The notes under the pieces: model-generated
The model's input: only the letters and a program-made list of their open reading frames with translations
Told to the model about the DNA's origin: nothing
Databases searched by the model: none
DNA from: Candidatus Methylomirabilota bacterium
GTDB taxonomy: Bacteria > Methylomirabilota > Methylomirabilia > Rokubacteriales > CSP1-6
Length of the DNA: 64,000 bases
Assembly (NCBI GenBank): GCA_036397135.1
Contig: DASWJN010000144.1
Span: 266 to 64,265, forward strand
Direction of reading: 5' to 3'
Made by a program: the position numbers and the translations under genes
Shown: one piece after another, positions 58,776 through 64,000 of the stretch
Position numbering within the stretch: the stretch's first letter is position 1
Layout: each line of letters opens with the position of its first letter

Positions 58776-60128
58776 ATGCTTGAATCCCTCGGCACGCGAC
58801 TCCAATCCATCTTCGACCGCCTGGGCAGCCGGGGCCGGCTGACCGAGGACAACATCCAGGAGGCCCTGCGCGAGGTGCGGGTGGCCCTGCTGGAGGCGGA
58901 CGTCAACTTCAAGGTCGTGCGCGGTTTCCTGGAGCGCGTGCGCGAGAAGGCCGTCGGCCAGGACGTGCTCAGGTCGTTGACGCCGGCCCAGCAGGTCGTC
59001 AAGGTCGTGCACGACGAGCTGGTCGACCTGCTCGGGGGCAGCGATCACCGGCTGGCGGCCGCGCCCCATCCCCCGACGGTGATCATGCTGATCGGCCTGC
59101 AGGGCTCGGGCAAGACCACGACGGCCGCCAAGCTGGCGCGCCTCTACGGCCAGCAGGGCCAGCACCCGATCCTGGCCGCCGCCGACATCTACCGGCCCGC
59201 CGCCCAGGACCAGCTGCGCACGCTGGGCGGCCAGCTCGGCGTGCCCGTCGTGGGCGGCGCCGGGCAGACGCCGCTCGACATCTGCCGCGCCGCCCGCGAG
59301 GAGGCGGCAGCCCGGGGGCTGACCCCGCTCATCCTGGACACCGCCGGCCGCCTGCACATCGACGAGCCGATGCTCGACGAGCTGAAGGCGATCAAGCGCG
59401 AGGTGGCGCCCCATCACATCCTCCTCGTCGTGGACGCCATGACCGGGCAGGACGCCGTCACCGTCGCCGAGCGCTTCAACCAGGCCGTCGGCATCGACGC
59501 GGTGATCCTCACGAAGATGGACGGCGACTCACGCGGCGGCGCCGCGCTGTCGGTGCGGCACGTCACCGGGCGGCCCATCGCCTTCGTGGGGATGGGCGAG
59601 AAGGTTGACGCGCTGGAGCCCTTCCATCCCGACCGCCTGGCCTCGCGCATCCTGGGCATGGGCGACGTGCTCTCGCTGGTGGAGAAGGCCCAGCAGACGG
59701 TCGACCAGGAGAAGGCCCAGGCGCTGGTGCGCAAGCTGCGCGAGGACAGCTTCTCGCTGGAGGACTTCCGCGAGCAGCTCCAGCAGCTGCGCAAGATGGG
59801 GCCGCTCGACCAGATCATGGGGATGCTGCCGCTCGGCAAGATGTTCAAGGGCGCGGCGCCGGCCGAGCTGGACGGTGAGCAGGCCGACCTCGGCCGGTTC
59901 GACGCGATCATCTCGTCGATGACGCCGGGCGAGCGGCGCCATCCCGAGGTCATCAACGGCAGCCGGCGCCAGCGCATCGCGCGCGGCAGCGGCACCACCG
60001 TGCAGGACGTGAACCGGCTGCTCAAGCAGTACGCGCAGCTGCGCAAGATGATGAAGCAGTTCAAAGGCATGGAGGGCAAGCTCGGCCGGCTGAAGAACCT
60101 GCCCGGCTTCCCGATGCCGAGGGGGTGA
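58776..60128 (+). CDS. ffh: signal recognition particle protein Ffh
   Basis: 450-aa [19 protein letters not shown]...[10 protein letters not shown]...DTAGR...[14 protein letters not shown] and an M-domain rich in Met. Confidence 0.95.
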   Translation: MLESLGTRLQSIFDRLGSRGRLTEDNIQEALREVRVALLEADVNFKVVRGFLERVREKAVGQDVLRSLTPAQQVVKVVHDELVDLLGGSDHRLAAAPHPPTVIMLIGLQGSGKTTTAAKLARLYGQQGQHPILAAADIYRPAAQDQLRTLGGQLGVPVVGGAGQTPLDICRAAREEAAARGLTPLILDTAGRLHIDEPMLDELKAIKREVAPHHILLVVDAMTGQDAVTVAERFNQAVGIDAVILTKMDGDSRGGAALSVRHVTGRPIAFVGMGEKVDALEPFHPDRLASRILGMGDVLSLVEKAQQTVDQEKAQALVRKLREDSFSLEDFREQLQQLRKMGPLDQIMGMLPLGKMFKGAAPAELDGEQADLGRFDAIISSMTPGERRHPEVINGSRRQRIARGSGTTVQDVNRLLKQYAQLRKMMKQFKGMEGKLGRLKNLPGFPMPRG

Positions 60129-60132
60129 CGAC

Positions 60133-60381
60133 GTGTCGGTCACGATTCGACTCCGACGTGAAGGCTCGAGCAAGCGGCCGCGCTACCGGGTGGTGGTGGC
60201 GGACTCCCGCGCTCCGCGCGACGGCCGTTTCATCGAGATCATCGGGCATTACAACCCGGTGACGCAGCCGCCGACGGTCTCCATCGACCGGGAGAAGGCC
60301 ACGGCGTGGATCAGCAAGGGCGCCCAGCCCTCCAACACCGTGAAGAAGCTGATCGCGGTGGCCGCCAAGGCAGGAGCGTAG
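60133..60381 (+). CDS. rpsP: 30S ribosomal protein S16
   Basis: [39 protein letters not shown]. Confidence 0.95.
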   Translation: MSVTIRLRREGSSKRPRYRVVVADSRAPRDGRFIEIIGHYNPVTQPPTVSIDREKATAWISKGAQPSNTVKKLIAVAAKAGA

Positions 60382-60420
60382 CGAGGCAGCACGGTCGCTG
60401 ACCTGAAGGAAGCAGCAGTC

Positions 60421-60651
60421 ATGCGGGAGCTGGTGGAGTACATCGCGAAGGCGCTGGTCGATGAGCCGGGCGAGGTGAACGTGGCCGAGGTCGAGGGCGA
60501 CCGCGTGACGGTGATCGAGCTGCGGGTCGCCCAGAGCGACCTCGGCAAGGTCATCGGCAAGCAGGGCCGCACCGCGCGGGCCATGCGCACGATCCTCAAC
60601 GCGAACGCGACGAAGCTCAAGAAGCGCGCGGTCCTGGAGATCGTCGAGTAG
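60421..60651 (+). CDS. KH-domain RNA-binding protein (YlqC/UPF0109 family)
   Basis: [19 protein letters not shown]...[20 protein letters not shown], in the conserved rpsP-KH-rimM position. Confidence 0.85.
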   Translation: MRELVEYIAKALVDEPGEVNVAEVEGDRVTVIELRVAQSDLGKVIGKQGRTARAMRTILNANATKLKKRAVLEIVE

Positions 60652-60728
60652 CCGTGCGAAGCCGAGCGCGCCCGGTGTTGCCGTGCGAGTGCCAGCCTGA
60701 GTAGCGCAGGCCCGCCGGAGGCGAGCCC

Positions 60729-61253
60729 GTGACGATCGAGGGCGACCTCGTCGTCATCGGCGAGGTGACCCGTCCGCACGGGCTGCGCGGGGAGCTGCGG
60801 GTGACGCCGCACACCGACCGGCCGGAACGGTTCGACGCGCTGCAGGAGTGTGTGCTGTGGGACCCGGCCACCGACGGCCGCACGCGGCAGCGCATTTCCG
60901 GCGTGCGACGGCACGCCGGCGCGGTGCTGCTCTCGCTCGCGGGGTGCGACTCCCCCGAGGCGGCGAAGGCGCTGGTCGGCCGGCTGGTGGCGCTGCCGCG
61001 CGCGCAGGCGCTGCCACCGCCGCCCGGCCACCTGTACCCGTGGCAGCTGGTCGGCTGCCGGGTGGTGACCGAGGACGGCGCCGTCGTGGGCGAGATGAGC
61101 GGCATCGAGTCCTCGCCCGCCCAGGACCTGTGGGTCGTGCGCGGCACCGGGCGCGAGCATCTGATCCCGGCTGTGCCGGAGATCGTGCAGGAGGTGGACC
61201 TGGACGCGCGCCGGGTCGTGATCCGGCCGCCGGAGGGATTGCTCGAGCTGTAG
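60729..61253 (+). CDS. rimM: ribosome maturation factor RimM
   Basis: [19 protein letters not shown] and a C-terminal PRC-barrel (DLWVVRG...HLIPAV.EIV.EVDL). Confidence 0.9.
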   Translation: MTIEGDLVVIGEVTRPHGLRGELRVTPHTDRPERFDALQECVLWDPATDGRTRQRISGVRRHAGAVLLSLAGCDSPEAAKALVGRLVALPRAQALPPPPGHLYPWQLVGCRVVTEDGAVVGEMSGIESSPAQDLWVVRGTGREHLIPAVPEIVQEVDLDARRVVIRPPEGLLEL

Positions 61254-61264
61254 GGCGTGGCCCC

Positions 61265-62014
61265 ATGCGCATCGACATCGTGACGCTGTTCCCGGGCATG
61301 GTGGAGCCGGTGGTCTCGGAGTCGATCCTGGGGCGCGCGCGGGCGCGCGGGCTCGTTGACATCCGGGTGGTCAATCTCCGAGACTACGCGGAGGGCAGGC
61401 ACCGCGTCACCGACGACTACCAGTTCGGCGGCGGCGGCGGGATGGTCCTGAAGCCGGAGCCCCTCTTCGCGGCGGTCGACGCGTTACGGACGGCCGAGGC
61501 CCGGGTGATCCTGATGGACCCGCGGGGCCGGCGGTTCACCCAGGAGGTCGCGGCCGGGCTGGCGCGCGCGCCGCACCTGATCTTGCTCTGCGGGCGCTAC
61601 GAGGGCGTGGACGAGCGCGTGGCCGCCGGCCTCGCCGACGAGATGATCTCGATCGGCGACTACGTGCTGACCGGTGGTGAACTGCCGGCGCTGGTCGTCA
61701 CCGACGCGGTGACCCGGCTGCTGCCGGGGGCGCTGGGCGGCGAGGGGGCGGCCGAGCAGGAGTCCTTCGCGAGCGGCCTGCTGGAGCCGCCGCAGTACAC
61801 GCGGCCGGAGGAGTTTCGCGGCGCCCGGGTGCCGGCGGTCCTGCTGTCCGGCGACCACGCGCGCATCGCGCGCTGGCGGCGGGTGCAGGCGCTGTGGCTG
61901 ACTTGGCGCCGGCGGCCCGATCTGCTCGGGCAGGCGAGGCTGGAGGCGGACGACCGCCGCTGGATCGAGCGATTCGAGCGTGGACAATCGCCGTCGGACG
62001 ACGACGTGCACTGA
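61265..62014 (+). CDS. trmD: tRNA (guanine37-N1)-methyltransferase
   Basis: [12 protein letters not shown]...[17 protein letters not shown]...[13 protein letters not shown]...[14 protein letters not shown]. Confidence 0.95.
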   Translation: MRIDIVTLFPGMVEPVVSESILGRARARGLVDIRVVNLRDYAEGRHRVTDDYQFGGGGGMVLKPEPLFAAVDALRTAEARVILMDPRGRRFTQEVAAGLARAPHLILLCGRYEGVDERVAAGLADEMISIGDYVLTGGELPALVVTDAVTRLLPGALGGEGAAEQESFASGLLEPPQYTRPEEFRGARVPAVLLSGDHARIARWRRVQALWLTWRRRPDLLGQARLEADDRRWIERFERGQSPSDDDVH

Positions 62015-62045
62015 CGCCGAGAAAAGGAAGAGGGAGCCTACGGTC

Positions 62046-62426
62046 ATGGATGCGATTCGACTGGTGGAAGCGGCACAGCTGAAGAAGGACCGCCAGGGTT
62101 TTCAGCCCGGCGACCAGGTGCGCGTGCACGTGAGAGTCATCGAGGGCGAGAAGGAGCGAACCCAGGTGTTCGAGGGCACCGTCATCCGCCGCCGGGGCGA
62201 GGGGGCGCGAGCGTCGTTCACCGTGCGCCGGATCTCCTACGGCGTGGGCGTCGAGCGGACCTTCCCGGTGCACTCGCCCCGCATCGAGCGGGTGGACGTC
62301 GTGCGCCGGGGCCTGGTCCGCCGCTCGAAGCTCTACTACCTGCGCGCCCTGGCTGGCAAGGCCGCCCGGCTGAAGGAGAAGCGCGCCGGCGCGGTGCCGG
62401 CCACCGCCCCCACCCCCGAGGAATAG
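62046..62426 (+). CDS. rplS: 50S ribosomal protein L19
   Basis: ORF 61980..62426 trimmed to [37 protein letters not shown]...[21 protein letters not shown]. Confidence 0.95.
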   Translation: MDAIRLVEAAQLKKDRQGFQPGDQVRVHVRVIEGEKERTQVFEGTVIRRRGEGARASFTVRRISYGVGVERTFPVHSPRIERVDVVRRGLVRRSKLYYLRALAGKAARLKEKRAGAVPATAPTPEE

Positions 62427-62444
62427 CGCGCCACCCCGCCCGGC

Positions 62445-63086
62445 GTGACGCCCCCCGCGGCGCCCTACCGGTTCGAGGCTCAGGCCTGGAGGACAGGTCT
62501 GACGCGCATCGCCGGCGTGGACGAGGCCGGGCGGGGTCCGCTGGCGGGCCCGGTGGTGGCGGCCGCCGTCGTCATCGCCCCCGACCGCCGCATCCGTGGC
62601 ATGGCCGACAGCAAGCTGCTGCCGCCGGAGCGGCGCGAGGAGCTGTTCGGGCTGATCCAGGAGCGCGCGGTCGCGGTGGGCGTGGGCGTGGTCGACCACC
62701 TCACGATCGACCGGATCAACATCCTGGAGGCCACGCGGGTGGCCATGGTCCAGGCGCTGGCCGCCCTCGCCGTGGCCCCCGAGCTGGTCATCACCGACTT
62801 CGTGGCGCTCCGCGCGCTCGCCTGCCCGCAGCGCAACCTGGTGGACGGCGACGCCCGCTGCGCCAGCGTGGCGGCGGCCTCCATCGTGGCCAAGGTCACG
62901 CGGGACCGCCTCATGCGCGAGGCCGACCTGGCGTTCCCCGCCTACGGCTTCGCCCGCCACAAGGGCTACGCGACCCCCGAGCACCTGGCCGCGATCGACC
63001 GGCACGGGCTCTGCTCCCTGCACCGGCGCTCGTTCGTGAGCGCCTGGCGCCAGGGCCAGCTCTTCGTGTTCGACAAGGACGACTAG
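62445..63086 (+). CDS. rnhB: ribonuclease HII
   Basis: IAGVDEAGRGPLAGPVVAAAV...DSK.L...ASIVAKVTRD...GYG are the RNase HII catalytic motifs. Confidence 0.9.
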   Translation: MTPPAAPYRFEAQAWRTGLTRIAGVDEAGRGPLAGPVVAAAVVIAPDRRIRGMADSKLLPPERREELFGLIQERAVAVGVGVVDHLTIDRINILEATRVAMVQALAALAVAPELVITDFVALRALACPQRNLVDGDARCASVAAASIVAKVTRDRLMREADLAFPAYGFARHKGYATPEHLAAIDRHGLCSLHRRSFVSAWRQGQLFVFDKDD

Positions 63087-63087
63087 G

Positions 63088-63307
63088 CCCCGAGTCAGAA
63101 GTTCGCCGACCGCCGGAGCGACGTGGGCGAGGGGCCCATGGGGTGGGTCCGCGGCACCACGAGGCTGGAGTCCGCCTCGCACCCGCCACGGCTGGGCTCC
63201 ATCAGGCTGCGGGGCGCACGGGGACGGGGCGGCGGGAACGGGTCCGCGGACCCAACCCCATGGGCCCCTCGCCCACGTCGGCACAGCGCGCGGATCTCTG
63301 ACTCGGG
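63088..63307. repeat. 220-bp imperfect palindromic intergenic element, copy C (different sequence family from A/B)
   Basis: cccgagtcaga...gacgtgggcgaggggcccatggggtgggtccgcgg pairs with ccgcggacccaaccccatgggcccctcgcccacgtc...tctgactcggg. It starts 2 nt after the rnhB stop. Confidence 0.65.
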
Positions 63308-63399
63308 ACACTGGCCGGGCGATACACGCCCGAGCCGGGCGCTGGCTGCATCGAACATTGGACATTGCCGCCGGCGCCGCGCGGGGGGAGGCTGCGGGC

Positions 63400-63774
63400 A
63401 TGGCGGACCGGCGGCAGACGCTCGGACGGGCGGCGGAGGAGGCCGCCGCCGAGTTCCTGCGGCAGGCGGGCGTCGTCGTGGTCGAGCGCAACGTGCGCTT
63501 CGCCGCGGGCGAGATCGACCTCGTGTGCCGTGACGGCGGCGTGGTCGTGTTCGTCGAGGTGAAGTGCCGCCGCGCCGGCTGGGACGAGGCGCCGGCCGCG
63601 GCCGTGTCCTGGCACAAGCAGCGCCGGCTGACGCGCCTGGCCCAGCTCTATCTCAAGTGGCGCCGGCTCGAAGGCGTGCGCTGCCGCTTCGACGTGGTCG
63701 GCGTCACGCTGAGCGAGCGGGGCGCGCTCGACGTCCGTCACGTCCGCTCCGCCTTCGACGCCGCCGACGGCTGA
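63400..63774 (+). CDS. yraN: YraN family (UPF0102) endonuclease-like protein
   Basis: ORF 63358..63774 trimmed to MADRRQTLG. GRAAEEAAAEFLRQAG..VVERN.R...GEIDLV......VVFVEVK.R, in the conserved position after rnhB. Confidence 0.8.
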   Translation: MADRRQTLGRAAEEAAAEFLRQAGVVVVERNVRFAAGEIDLVCRDGGVVVFVEVKCRRAGWDEAPAAAVSWHKQRRLTRLAQLYLKWRRLEGVRCRFDVVGVTLSERGALDVRHVRSAFDAADG

Positions 63775-63819
63775 CGCCCGCTTGACGGGTTCGGCGGCGG
63801 GGAGGATGCTGGCGGAACC

Positions 63820-64000
63820 ATGGCCGGGCCGCGCGAGTTCGACTTCGTCCAGGTCGACGTGTTCACCGATCGGGTGCTGGCCGGCAACGCCCTGGCCGTG
63901 TTCCTCGACGGGCGGGGTCTCGACGATCGCGAGATGCAGGCGATCGCGCGGGAGATGAACCTGGCCGAGACGACGTTCGTGCTGCCGCCGACCCGCCCGG
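63820..64000 (+). CDS. PhzF-family isomerase-like protein, N-terminal part (runs off the right edge)
   Basis: Own translation MAGPREFDFVQVDVFTDRVLAGNALAVFLDGRGLDDREMQAIAREMNLAETTFVLPP, the typical PhzF N-terminus. Confidence 0.7.
   Translation, partial: MAGPREFDFVQVDVFTDRVLAGNALAVFLDGRGLDDREMQAIAREMNLAETTFVLPPTRP

Overview
High-GC (roughly 70% by eye), densely coding bacterial chromosomal window. I saw no rRNA, tRNA or CRISPR array. All calls rest on my own reading of the ORF track and DNA; no searches were run.

**Layout**
- **1 to 30.2 kb:** metabolism and transport. Crotonase, TenA, two family-5 (peptide-type) ABC systems, N-carbamoyl-D-amino-acid hydrolase, HyuA/HyuB, amidohydrolases and two acyl-CoA dehydrogenases. 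Mixed in are several decayed genes and a small accessory islet (ParE/RelE toxin-antitoxin pair, transposase remnant, gene fragments).
- **30.8 to 46.1 kb, minus strand (the main finding):** one tightly overlapped 13-gene operon behind a sigma-54 type promoter. Gene order is CheY, CheW, a LivK-type binding protein, an MCP, and a CheA-REC hybrid with two Hpt domains. These are followed by a pseudo-receiver/PATAN protein, a REC/Roadblock protein and a 703-aa membrane Pro-rich protein. The operon ends with MglA, MglB, an orphan PilB/GspE-type ATPase and two more Roadblock-type proteins. The window has no CheR/CheB and no pilin, platform or secretin genes. I cannot match this combination to a described system.
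- **46.3 to 64 kb:** pyrE, a few decayed or accessory genes, then the conserved housekeeping string yicC-remA-gmk-rpoZ-coaBC-udg-priA-def-fmt-rsmB-rpe-ffh-rpsP-KH-rimM-trmD-rplS-rnhB-yraN.

**Cross-cutting signals**
- Four exact TGGCAC-N5-TTGC sigma-54 motifs plus one near-exact, each 25 to 45 nt upstream of a start codon.
- Long palindromic MITE-like intergenic repeats.
- Two apparent CTG start codons (fmt, udg).
- Sigma-70-like promoters positioned for leaderless or near-leaderless mRNAs.
- A PriA with a degenerate Walker A motif.
- An unusual number of frameshifted or truncated genes.

Taxonomic origin is a guess only: a soil-type uncultivated high-GC lineage, Rokubacteria/Methylomirabilota-like or myxobacteria-like.
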